DNA from: Yuukianura sp. NJ FZ-2021
Lineage: Eukaryota
Reading direction: 5' to 3'
DNA: 64,000 nucleotides
Assembly: GCA_046563655.1 (NCBI GenBank)
Contig: CM102287.1
Coordinates: 5,208,001-5,272,000 of the forward strand
The notes under the pieces are model-generated. The model saw only the letters and a list, made by a program, of their open reading frames with translations. It ran no database searches and was not told the origin of the DNA. The position numbers were made by a program, and so were the translations under genes. Of the stretch, positions 28,201 to 40,566 are shown piece by piece (within the stretch, counting starts at the first letter, position 1; each line of letters opens with the position of its first letter).

Positions 28201-29334
28201 AATAAACTTCTTGCAAAGACCATGTAAATAAGTATCGTCAGATCAATTATAGGGAATTCCCGCGCCGGATATTGTTGACCTACACCTCTGATATTGTTAG
28301 AGGTTACTTGAGGTTAAGAACATTCGGCATTATATTAATATTAATGTTAATATTATATTAATTAATATTTAATGTTAATATTAATAATATTAATTAATAT
28401 AATATATATATAATATTAATAATATTAATTAATATAATATATATATATAATATTAATATTAACATTAAATATTAATTAATATAATATTAATAATATTAAT
28501 CCTCGCGTCGTCAAACATCCATCCCCGAATTTCCGAATTGTGGAAAAAAAAGATGACCTTGACCTTTGACCCTGCTGGAGGTCACTCAAGCTCATAAAAA
28601 TCGGATCCTCGCATTCCCATTCCGAGTCTGCCCATCCGTTTCCATGATGTAAATCGAGGATAACCTTGACCTATGACACCAATAGATGTCACTTAAGGTG
28701 AATCCAAAAACTGATTTTTAGTCACCTGGTTTGTAGTTACTCATTAAAAAGCTGCAAGGTCACGAAGTTGTTGTCTCAATGCGATAAACAACTTTTGTAA
28801 GGGTCATTATTTAGATTTCCGTGAAAAAATGTACTTGACCTTTGACCCGGAAATTGGCCACTTCCGGTCAACCCAGAGACCGATTAGTCACCCCTGTACC
28901 ATGTGAAGGTCATCTGCGAAGACAGGTTGAAAATCGGTCCAGTGGTTCCTGAGTTATAGACGCGCGTAGAATGAGCGACGCCATTTTGTAACTTTCATCG
29001 TTTATATCTCCAGAACCGTAGGTCAAAGGTCAAGGTCACTTACAGCAAAGTTGTTCGTCTCATTGAAATGAACAACTTTTGTAGAGGCCATTTGCCCAAA
29101 TTCCGTCGAAAATGTACTTGACCTTGACCTTTGACCCGGAAGTTGGCCACTTCCGGTCAAACCGAAAACCACTGGTCCACCCCTGGACTATGTATAGTTC
29201 ATCTGTGAAGACAGATTGAAAATCGGTCCAGCGGTTCCAGAGATATTGTGGCTAGTATAATCGGACGGACAGACGGACAGACGGACAGACGGACGGCCAT
29301 TACGATCCCTATAAGTATCTGACGATACTTAATA
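28201..29334 (-). mobile_element. DINE-1/HINE-like element, copy 2 (tandem with copy 1)
   Basis: Same termini, microsatellite (29262-29296) and internal repeats as copy 1; separated by a 36-bp spacer; contains an AT-only insert at 28330-28500. Confidence 0.75.
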
Positions 29335-30389
29335 AAAGGTTAGAGTTTAGTAAACCGTTTCAAATTGTGATCGATCACAAATTGGGTTTTAAAAAATTAA
29401 AAATTCATTTTTGGATTGATGAAACGACTAACAAAAAAAAAATCATCTACAGCTTCTCATGTTGGAAAAAAATCAAATTAGCTTCTTGTACTCTACAACT
29501 ATTTAGTAACTCGTTTCGAAGCGAACAAAAGTTTAAAAGTAAAGAACAACAAATTTTCAACATTCTATTTTTTCTCGAATTTTTTTTTTTCAAATTAGCT
29601 CATCATCGCCTCCTCCGCTATTTTCTTTTCTAAGTTTTCTGTTGTTAGGGAACTCTACAGTATCACATCTTTCATCCATTCTGAGATGACAGCTTCCTGC
29701 TGCTACTCCCGAAGTTGCATGTCCATTAGCTCTAATGAACCAACAGACTGCTTCACTGTCACTTCGCAATTAACGCAAAACGAATTCCATTATTCCTGTG
29801 TCATTTTGAAATGAACCCTCCAGGGTTAACTTATACCGAAACGCTGCAGAAAAGTTTATAAAAATGCGTGAAAATGGAAAGAGAAAGCGGAAACAAGGAA
29901 GACGCGAAGCATGTTACTCCTCTGCTTTCTCCAACTTCCGAATTGTGCATTTCTCTCTTCTCTCTCCCAAGCAATACTCGCTAGAGAATTCGCTTTAGCA
30001 ATACTCAAAATGTCACAAAGTGTACTCATTTTGTACTTTCTCACATGTGAGGAAGTATAAAATGATTCTTTTACACAGATACAAAGGTGAAACGGACGAG
30101 AAAGGTGAAATTTGACAACTCCAATTTACAATTTATTGTATTCTGATTTGATTCACAAGCTAGAGAAATTAGGTAAGCAGGAAAGAGGTAAGCATTATAT
30201 TTACGTAAGCTTTAGCAGCATGTTTACTGTTGAGCTTATATGTTTATACCTGGCCTGATCAAACTTAACCAAACCTTAGCTAAAGTAAACTTAAATTTAC
30301 TTTACGTATCGCTTACCTAACTGCATCGCGTAACTAAATATACTGATGACCTCATTTCTCCTTAAGTAATTTTTTGAGCTAATGGGTGC

Positions 30390-31646
30390 TTAGCAAGTTA
30401 GAACCTTTATTAGTCGTGGTGAATTAGCATTACCGACGGATCCTGTGTATTCATACCCGTCATCATACGTGTAGAATATGTGAGTCGTTTGGTCAGCCGG
30501 AATCCTACCGATAAAATTGTACCTTACGTTCTCCCAAGCTGGACCGGTAGCCATGGTTCCCGAGTAGTCTATCACATCCTTAGGTTGGTACGGTTCAACC
30601 CGAACTCCAACCGGCAAGGCATTGGGTGGAATATGTCCATAGAAACCAACCTCCTCATATTTACCTCTAGCATTTCCGCCCGTAAGAATTTCATGGTACT
30701 GACCTTCGCCCACACGGTTTTCAACTCCGCCGTATGGATATACACATTTCCATTGGTCGTTTTCTCGCCAAGCCTTCCCAGGAACAAATATCTTACCGTA
30801 TTTGTCTGTTCGAAGCAAAGCTCTGCAGATATACTCGTCGCGTTGCATTTTCGCGCTTGCACTTGGAACGGCGACGAACGCTTGGCTGATGTCTCGGATG
30901 AGGGAGGGATGCTTGAACCCCTCGTCAGAACATTCTGTGCTACTGCGACCTTTAAGTGTTGAATTTTTTGGGCAGTTGGATTTGGCCTTTAGAGTAGTCA
31001 CCTCTTCGACGGTCATTGACACTGGCTCGCCTGCAGATATAGAAAAACGTCAAAATTCTTGTAAAAAGCTAGACTAGACTTTACGATTCAACTGTAATTA
31101 AAAAAACATACTGTTTTGTTCCATCAGAACAAGAGTAAATTTGACTTCAACCGCCCCTTTTTATATCCAGGTTAAAATGGGTTAAAAAGTGGCGGTTGGA
31201 GAAAAATTCAGGCGTATAATCCGTATCGGGCGTTACTCTCGTGGTTTTTTAAGGAACAAAGCGTTACCTGGACTGTCTTTGGTTCCTGTTACTCTCTGAT
31301 CTGGTGCAACATCCGAACTGTCTCCTTGCGCTTTAACCACAGAATACACTGCATTCTCTAATTAATCAACTAAAAACCTCAAACCTTTCTCCATTTCGTT
31401 TCAATGAGGCCTCGCCTCGGTGCGGCGCGGCCTTAAAACTGAAGCCCACGACAAGAAATGAAGAAAGGACTGAGGTTTTGAGTTGCTTATTTAGAGAATG
31501 AGGTGTAAATGAACAAAATAACAAAATTTGTAAAAAGTCTAAATAAACAAAATTCAAAAATTGTTCGCTGTGTCAAAATTCTGAATCAACGCACGTATAG
31601 CTGACGCCAAAATGATAAACGTCGCGAGTAGGTTAAATGTTTTCAT
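30390..31646 (-). CDS. Secreted DM9-repeat (DUF3421/natterin-like) protein, ~257 aa
   Basis: Exon 1 31646-31595 signal peptide MKTFNLLATFIILASAI (C|gtgcgt), exon 2 ~31348-31268, exon 3 31030-30390. DM9 motifs YICRA...VPGK...CVYPYGG.E...YHEIL and GHIPPNALPVG...FIGRI. Confidence 0.75.
31347..31505. mobile_element. Tc1/mariner-type MITE, copy A
   Basis: ~35-bp imperfect TIRs (CACTGCATTCTCTAATTAATCAACTAAAAACCTCA / TGAGGTTTTGAGTTGCTTATTTAGAGAATGAGGTG), TA on both sides, second copy at 61571-61728. Confidence 0.8.
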
Positions 31647-31880
31647 TCTCCAACGCTGACTGAATCAATTACTCTACGATTTCAAATTGCAGGTAACAAG
31701 TTGTAGGTGTTTGTGTGTTTGCAGTGACCAATTATGTACAATAACGTTATTATTTTCGTATCATCGGTTCAATTTCACTTATTCAAGGCACTTTCGATCA
31801 TAAAATTATCCAGAATTTCTCATTGTCTCTCTGCCAATGATAGCATTTCAACATTTCAATCACTTCATTATTTCTCGCAG

Positions 31881-32550
31881 ACTTGTCTCGCAATGGACAA
31901 AAGAAGCCGAAAAAACCCAGGACTTACGACCAGCCAAAGGTCATGCACGGTACGATTGGGTCAATGGTACGAAAAGAGTGTCCAGAAGGTTACGCCAAAT
32001 TAACGAGGGGAACATGTTTTTGCCTTAATGACGAGTGAAAGTAACGATTTTTTTCTTCTCTTCTCTCGAAATCACCAGAAAAGACAAAAAATTTCTATCA
32101 CAGAGTTTTTAATTCCGGAATTCGTAAATGTGGAAATCCCAGTTTCCATTTACGAGTTTTTTTAATCCAGAAAGTATGAAAATCCAATCTCAAAAAAATT
32201 AATTGGGAGTTTCTAGTTTTTGAGAGCAACCAAGTTTGTCGCACTCGCCACAAATGTCGCAATCACGTGCACGGAACAGGTTGTGATCTTTTTCGAGCGT
32301 ATAACGCGTGTCATAAAACTTGTTTTTGGATTTTGTTTCATGAGTTGTGGTGATTTTAATCGATTTATATTTAATGATCTAATTATTATATAGGCGACTA
32401 CTTTAATAAAAAGGTTAAATTTACAAAAATAACACAAAAAGTGTTAAATTGGTAATGCTTTTCCTCAATCGTTAAGAAAAATTTTGTTCGTAAGATTCCA
32501 TTTTTGGATTTGTGAAATGCCTGATGAAACAAATTAACATAAAAATCGTG
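31881..32550 (+). repeat. Partial duplicate of the peptide gene (3' part of exon 2 plus downstream DNA); pseudo-exon or alternative last exon
   Basis: 31893-32365 aligns with 26607-27145 and similarity resumes after the HINE pair (29331-29445 vs 32405-32550). Frame 31881-32038 stays open: LSRNGQKKPKKPRTYDQPKVMHGTIGSMVRKECPEGYAKLTRGTCFCLNDE. Confidence 0.8.
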
Positions 32551-32946
32551 CAACCTACCCTTTACGGAAGCGTTACTCTCAATTCATCATTATTGCTATT
32601 TTTGCAACAAAAAATCGGAGAATTGCGGAAAACAAGATTCACACCTCGCCTAAAACTTTTGAGATATTGTTGGCGTCTTCCCTAAAAAAAACCAAACCTT
32701 ACCATATAAAATTGTGGATGTTGGAAGGAATTGTGGATGATAGGCGTGTCGCGAGTGCGTTTTGTGTGCAATTTCTTTTGGTGCTTGATTGTGTTGAGCC
32801 TGATGGGAATTCATAATACTCCCATCTTTGGATATCTTCTTGGTCATTGTTTTGAGAGTTGGTTCCTATTCCTCTTCAATCCCAATTACTCTGATGATCA
32901 AGGTCAATTAATTAATTGGGTTTCCGCCCAATGGAGCACCAACTTG

Positions 32947-32983
32947 TATAAATACTCCTCAGTCATGGACTCCATGATTCAGT
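32947..32983 (+). promoter_or_regulatory. TATA box and initiator of the cuticle protein gene
   Basis: TATAAATA at 32947-32954 and TCAGT at 32979-32983, canonical spacing, ~55 nt before the ATG. Confidence 0.7.
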
Positions 32984-33034
32984 AACCTCCCGAAGTCCAG
33001 TCAAGCATTCTCCACCACTTTCTAAACTTTCAAC

Positions 33035-33729
33035 ATGCAGTCTTTGGTTCGTCTAAAAAAGTCAAAATCAAATTCATTTCAGAAAAATTCAGACAAAAAT
33101 TCCAATTTTTTGAAATTACTTTTTAGGTGATTTTCGCCAGTTTGTTAGCCTGCGCCGTCGCGGCTCCCCAGCTTTACACGGCCGCTATTGCACCAGGATT
33201 GACGACTAGCCAGTTTCACGCTCAGGATGAACTGGGACAGTACAGCTACGGATATGCTGGTCAGTTCTGAAATAACAAAGAAAGTTTAAAAAAAGTTTAA
33301 AAATTTTAAAGATTTTTCAAAATTTTGAAATTCTGACCTGGAAAATTGATTGTGATTTCAGGAGGCCCATCAGCCAAGTCGGAAACCAGAACTGCTGACG
33401 GTATTACCCGTGGAAGCTATTCGTACGTCGATGCTTACGGAATTCTTCAAACTGCCAACTACGTGTCTGACCCAGTCAATGGTTTCCGGGTTGCCCGAAC
33501 TGACCTTCCAGTAGGTCCAGCACCAGTACATGCTGCTCCAGTTGTGGCTGCTGCTGGTCCAGTTCCAGTTCAGTATGCTGCTGCAGCTCCACTCCAATAT
33601 GCTGCTGCTGCTCCGTACTACGCCGGAGGTCTACCAATTCCAGTCGGAGATACACCGGAAGTAGCTGCTGCGAAGGCTGAACATTTCAGAGCCCATGCTG
33701 AAGCTCGTGCTCGCGTTGGTGCATTTTAA
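33035..33729 (+). CDS. Cuticular protein with Rebers-Riddiford chitin-binding domain, 170 aa
   Basis: Exons 33035-33046, 33127-33259, 33362-33729. Signal peptide, QFHAQDELGQYSYGY, GSYSYVDAYG...YVSDPVNGF, AAP repeats and PVGDTPEVAAAKAEHFRAH motif. Confidence 0.95.
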
Positions 33730-34112
33730 AAAACTCAAACTTCAAAATTAAATTCATCAACGGACCTCATGACCTCACCTTTGACTGATTTTTCAATCAC
33801 AAATCACAATTTAATTACGTTATGGAACAATTAAGGGTACTACTCTACTTGGTGTAGCGTTGGACAAACTTTTGTGACCGATCACACTGATCATCTAAGA
33901 CAAAAAATACGTTTTCGAATTAAACGAAGAAAAAACGAAATTGAGTTATGAAAATATTTGATTAACTTTTCGATACTAAGTATGGCTAATTAATACTAAC
34001 TTGTCCTAGTCGAATTCCTGCAACTCTAATCTTGTTAAAGCCGTTTCCGGTGTCTTTCGGTGCGTAATTTTTCGTTTGTGTAATGGTTTTGAATTGTACA
34101 ATTCGTACAATG

Positions 34113-35843
34113 TTACCGATGTAGGGAAATGATGAAATCTTCCAGAATTTTGCGACTTGTAGGTGAAGAAATGTATTGATCGAGGCTTCTGATGAAAGAC
34201 AACGTATCTTCTTGTAAGATCTTCAGAGTCCCGTAACATTTTGACTGAACATTTTTGTCGTTTTTGATCTTTTCAAAAATCTAAAAGAAAAAAAAAGTTT
34301 TCACCAATAAAATACGCTGCTCTCGATGATGACCCGCGTTGAGGTCAACAACTCCGGAACTTGCTTTTGTTATTCTTTTTACCTGAATACGATGTTCTGT
34401 CAATATATGAGGCTCTTCTTGAATCTTGAAAACTACTGGCAGCAGCCCCATGTCTATCCAGTGCGGAGTATCCAAAGTGTCTTTCTCAAAAAATACTAAG
34501 TCATCATGCGCCTGATAACACAAAGCTAGAAGCATTCCGAGTTGATATCCAGAATTTCTAATATGATCTCCATGTCCATTGAATCCCAACATGGCACTGA
34601 TCGTTGTTCCCATGATGGATCCAAGTCCTAATTGAGTCTTTTGAAACCATGCGTCGGCGCTGATTTTTCCTTGTCCGAGCATCTTAGGTTTATAGGCAAA
34701 CTCCCCTTCGCAGTAATCCATAAGAAATTGACAGATCATCTCAGAAACTGCTTGGCAATTTAGTGCAGCCATGTGGACACAGATCTAAAGAAAACGCAAT
34801 TTCATGATTATGGAAGAATGATTACAAATGAACAAAGATTTCGAATTGCCTAACCTGTGACCACAACAAGTCTCCGACAAGTGTCGCCGTCTTATTTGCG
34901 TTGTTGATTTCATACACACCAGACGTATTTGGGATGACCTTGTTGCCTGTACCGGAACAAACGGGTCTCGGGAAACTATCACAATCCAAGATTCGTTTGT
35001 GTATTTGTTGTGTAATGTACGCAATTTCCACAATTTTGGACAGTCGAGCATGTCTAGATGAAAATGGAAAGGAAAAAGTGGAATTTAGAAATTGACTCTA
35101 AATCACTCTCCGACAAAGTTCATACAATTTTTAAGAACCTGTCTTCAGTCGTTCTTTGCACTTCCAGCCCAACATTCTGCATTTTGCCTGAAGAGCCAAA
35201 CATGTCCGCCGCCAGCAACGTCATCATTTGCCTCCATAACGGGTAAGGGTTTACAGTGTTCACTCCTCGTTTATAATCTGCCACGGCTTCTAAAATCCTG
35301 CGTAAGTAATTAAACAATGAGTCAGACTTTTAATAAAGTTAGGTTGAGGAATGACTTGAGGAATGCAATGTCATGATTTATGTGCCTTCCTTACCGTGCA
35401 AGAAAAAATAAAGGATGATTCTCATCTGAATTACGTAAAGTGAATAGGCTGATGATCTCGTAGTAATTCCCGATCATATCATTCAATGTTGAATTGATCG
35501 AAAATCTATTTGTTCCCAAGAATTTCTCTGCAGCAGTTCCAATTCTGACTAGTTCGTTACTGGAATCAATGGGGCTTCTGCTATCCGACGTATATGAGAG
35601 CCTGTCCAATCTCTTTTGATCCTGTGAGTATTTGAAGACAGGTATTGGTAAGCGCTTCGGCAATAAATCGCTGTTCTCAATGACTTGTTGCAGTCTAGGA
35701 AATGTGGAGAACGCTGTCATTGCATTCCCCACGTAGTTTGTTCCAACTCTTGGAAAAAACTGCCATTTTGATTTTGAGATGCAATACGAACCTCCAGACT
35801 TGGACGGAATTCCTTGGAAGATATGACTTGCCCTTTTATGCAT
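34113..35843 (-). CDS. Divergent decaprenyl-diphosphate synthase subunit 2-like (trans-prenyltransferase fold), ~458 aa
   Basis: Exons 35843-35395, 35297-35139, 35053-34855, 34784-34383, 34280-34113 join in frame. PDSS2-like blocks AEKFLG...NHPLFFLAR, NKTATLVGDLL, GYQLGMLLALCYQAHDD; no intact DDxxD; basic, mitochondrial-like N-terminus. Confidence 0.7.
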
Positions 35844-36898
35844 GATGAAACGATTTCTCCAGAAGACGATGCAAAAACGTTTCTCTAAATAATACATATA
35901 GTACACATGATACTTGTTTTTGTTCTAGGAATAAAAATAGCATCACCATTCACGCATCACGATTCACGCCTTCGAGTTCGAGTTAAAAGAAAACAAACTA
36001 AAAATGGCTTACTCTCGCCGTCTCGCCTCGGCCTCCTCGTCTTGTATTTTAATCGGTGCAGGTACACTAATCAACCTTCTACACGGTAATTATAAACTTC
36101 GATGAATTACAGCTTATGAGAAAGCTTGACCCCGGGATGACCTGACCTCCACCACCGCAAAATGGATTGTATGATACGATACGAAACAACGTTAAAACTC
36201 GGACGACCTGCGCTGCAAGTAGAGAGAAGTAAATGAAACATACAAAACTGAACAAAACAATTGCCAATTATCAATTCAAATTCAATTCAATTTGATCTGT
36301 CATACCCATACCTCATACAGACTGGAACTTCCGGTTCCGGTCCGGAAGCCAAATTAGATTTGATGATTTGAAATGATTTCCAAATTTTTATGGTAAATTA
36401 TTTCCCGGTGTGTCTCACATGTGTTGGTTGTTATAAAAGTTGTAACCACGAATACACTTTTTCATACCGCAATGGGCATGTTGATATTTTGTTTGTAATA
36501 TCTTGTGACTAAAAACAAGTAATCCTGCTAACATTAATTCAATTTTAATTAACTTATACGTTTTCAAACATTTTAGTTAATCATTGTAGTTAATCTTAGT
36601 AGCACTAATGTTGTAGTTTACTTCTGAACGCACTACCCAACTGTGATGCATCGGCACTTGAGGTGCTGTTTATTTTTCCTTCATTTTTCATCGGTTTATA
36701 TTCGGCTTTTTTCCGATCGGTTGTTTAGAAAAACAAAAAATCTGAAATTCATTCGCAAAAACTTGGGTAAACTTCTTTCAACAATTTCAATTTTCAGTGT
36801 TCATAAATTCATAATTTAAAACTGTTCCAATTACTAATTTAACAAGTGAGAGGGAGGTGTCAATTTCCAATTTCAACTAACGCTGCCTACTTTGAAAA

Positions 36899-38712
36899 AT
36901 GGACTCCGATTCATCTTCGTCGCCACAAGATGTAGCAATGGACAGTGACGGAGAAGCCCCAAAAATTGCTGCGTCAACTCGGAATATGCTGGAAGAAGAT
37001 CTTGCTGGTATTTCAACAGTTCAACTTGTATCGTTTATTTTGATTCAAAGCGGAAACTAATTTTTCTTAACACTTTTCTTTTTTCAGTTTCCGGCTCAGA
37101 CTCTGATTCGTCAGCAGCCGGTTCCGCAAAGCATTCGGGATCAGCAAGAAGCCGAAGTCCAAAATCCGTACGATCTGGAGCTTCGAGTCGTTCATCACGA
37201 AAATCCGGATCAAGATCGCGGTCTGCCAGTTCTGGATCTGCATCGCCTGGCAGTCCAGGTTCTGCAAAAAGATCATCCCGAAGCAACAGTCCCAAGTCAA
37301 ATCGTTCCGGAGGTTCACGACATTCTTCACCCAGATCACGAGCTTCAAGTTCTTCTGGATCCCGTTCACCATCTCCAGCAGCACGTCGGGGATCTGACAA
37401 AGGAAGTCGCAAAAGTCGAAGTGGGAGTCCGCGATCTGTTGGTTCGGGATCAGGACGTGGAAGTGCCAAACATTCTTCGCGTTCCGGTTCACGCTCAGGG
37501 TCAGAGTCCCCCGGCTCACCACGTTCGGCTAAACGGTCTCCAGCTAAAAGAAGTCGTAGCGGAAGTCCTAAATCCCAACACTCCGATGAATCAGATGGAG
37601 GAGAACGTATTCCAGAACGCTCACCGCCACGGTTTGACCCCACAGATTCCGAATCTGGAGAATCTAAACCTGGGTCACCGAAATCAATCGATGGAAGAGA
37701 CCAAGAAGACAAAGAAAACGAAGCAGTGGCTGCCGAGGCAAAAGCAGAGGAAGAAGAGGAAACTTTGCCCGAAACTAGAATCGATGTTGAAATTCCTAAA
37801 ATCACTACAGATTTGGGGAAAAGCGTCCACTTCGTCAAACTTCCTAACTTTCTCTCAGTGGAAACTCGACCATTTGATCCAAGCACATACGAAGATGAAA
37901 TTGACGACGAAGAAACGTTGGACGAAGAAGGTCGTGCTAGATTGAAACTCAAAGTAGAAAATACGATTCGATGGCGGGAGAAGTTCAACGAAAAAGGCGC
38001 TTTCGTCAAAGAATCGAATGCTCGTTTCGTGCGATGGTCCGACGGTTCCCTCAGTCTTCATCTCGGCGACGAAATTTTCAATGTGGAGAGACAAGCTCTG
38101 CATGGTGACCATAATCACTTGTTCATTCGTCAAGGAACAGGTCTTCAAGGTCAAGCTGTTTTTCGTACCAAGTTAACATTTCGTCCACACTCCACTGAAT
38201 CCTTTACTCACCGGAAGATGACAATGTCCCTGGCAGACCGAAGTACAAAGGCCCAAGGAATTAAGGTTCTTTCTACTGTTGGCGCTGATCCGGAAGCTCA
38301 GCGTGACGTTTTGATTAAGAAAGAGGAGGATAAGCTCAGAGCTTCTGTTCGTCGTGAAAATAAGCAACGACGTGTTCGAGAACGTGGAACTAAAGGGCTG
38401 AGTACTTCGTATCTGGATGATGAGTACTCCGAAGAAGACAATTCCATTAGTCTGGCAGCGATTAAAAACAGATACAAGAAAGGCGGAGTAAGAGCACAGA
38501 TTTATTCTTCAGATGACGACGAGGGAAGCGATTTAGAACAAGGCAGGAAGCTGGAAAAGGCCAAGCGTCTTAAGGACTCTGAAGATGAAGATGACGACGG
38601 AAGTGACAATGATGCTAGAGGGCGCTCGTCACCCGGAGAAAAAGGAGATTCACCAATGGCAGGACCGTCGTCAACTACCGCCGCGGTGACATCAGCGGTG
38701 GACTCTGATTAG
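36899..38712 (+). CDS. Leo1: RNA polymerase-associated protein LEO1 (PAF1 complex), ~577 aa
   Basis: Exons 36899-37007 and 37088-38712. S/R-rich N-terminus, then [59 protein letters not shown]. Head-to-head with the PDSS2-like gene across CCGGAAG ETS-type motifs (~36325-36350). Confidence 0.96.
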
Positions 38713-40566
38713 TAACAATTTTATTTATTACTTTCTAGAATCTATGAATTAATCAAGCTTAATGAAAAATTTGGAAAGTAACAATAATATTACTTCAAAC
38801 TTCAATGATTTTAAACTTTAAGGTAAAGTCCGTAATTGACTTGAAATTACGGAATTAATTATATACTTTTGAAAATATTTGAAAAAAAATATGATAACTA
38901 AGTTTTAAATCTTACTTTTTCCATCAAAATATTAAAAATTGGGAAACTTTTAATTCAATTTCGTTAAAATCATAGTAATTTGGTCTTTTGTTCAACTAAC
39001 ACTACAAAAGATTTCAATTCCAACGGAGCATGGCAACTTACTAATTGACTCATGTTCTGGATTCTGGAAAATGCCCATACTCAAAGTGCTAATTAAGTTG
39101 CGAGTTTTAATTACTAATTGAACACGGAACTGCGAACGGTTCGGTGAAGATCAATGCGACTCCACGTTTGCAAGCGTTTGCACATTTCTATTCACAGCTT
39201 TGTTCTCTTTCACTCCGTCGTTCTAGATACATTCTCTGGCTTTTCGGATGGAAAAATTGATCAACTGTTGTAGCAACTTTTAGGTGAAAGCTACTCCCGT
39301 GTCAGCATTCACTCCATGATTTTCATTTGCTTTCAATTAAAATGAACGTGAATAACGTGAAAGTCACTTTCAGGGAGAACAAATCTTTACATTCCGCAGC
39401 ATTATAAAGTAGTTTTGGCTCCATTATAACGCTAATATGTTTTCAAATTTAAACTAATTAATTACTGTGAAATTGTCTGAACAACACTTTTCGAAACTTC
39501 AAACAGTATTGCATGACATTGACAGAAACCTCCGCTGAGTCTGAGTCTACTGACTGATTGAATCTAAACAACATGTCTTTTTTGTCATTTTGTTTACAAA
39601 CGAAAGTAATCGTGTTAACATTACCGCGAAATGTTTAGATTAGTTTGCTCAGACCGGCAGGGGTTCAACCAGACCCTGCTTCGTTTCACAGATTAATTGA
39701 AACAGCCAAAGCAATTTCCTTTCCAAGCAAAACAATCCTTACTGCATGAAACAAAAAAGGACAAAAGTAAAACGATCAAAACAAACCGATCAACAGTTTG
39801 AGTAAAGGCAAACAACCATAATCAAGTACAAAATTCAAACCAAACTAATCTTCACCTAATTTTTAAAAATCACATTGAAGTCACTTTCATTACAGTTTTA
39901 ACATGTCTGAACTTTTTGTGCTTCTGTGTGAATATTACTTTTTAAAAATTGAAAAAAGTGAGTTTAAACTTTTAGGCAAAAACATTCGACTCGATTATAT
40001 TCGCTTGAATATGCCTGCCAGGGTAATAATTAGGTAATTACCTTATACTTTCTAAGTTTCTTCGACTTTATTCACCTTTTTGGTTTTGACCAAATTTGTG
40101 TTGACAGTTTTTGTTTGCAAAATCTGTCTCTCCATTATGCTAATTTTATGGGGAAAGGTCCAGTCCAGTGGAATCTTCAATTTGATCTTGAACCTGCTCC
40201 AACAAGTTATCTCAGCGTTAAGATTCAACCTTCCCCCACACTTTCTCCTCATTGCTCCTCCAGACTTTCTCCAGAAAGCACTTCCGCAGCTCCAGCATCA
40301 GGGAAAGCGTCCAATTTCACCGTGGAGACAATATTGCACTCATTACTCACACTTTACAATTACCTAATTTATAATGCAAATTAGATTATTTCAGAAGTGT
40401 TTACCCAAGGTCAAAGGTCATTTTCCCCAACGTTTGCGTGGGTACCCCGTGCTTAACGAAAATCAGCATCAACGAAATTGAAGCGTCATAGTATAATAAC
40501 TTTAGTCTGTGTAAGTTATGAAATTTGGTTGTTCAATTTGTTCATGTTAATTTCTGAAGTGCGAAG

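Noticed and set aside
37035..38009. 324-aa minus-strand ORF
   Set aside because: Antisense shadow of the low-complexity Leo1 exon.
40115..40384. ORF as an N-terminal exon of the GPCR
   Set aside because: No convincing donor in the phase needed to join 40567.
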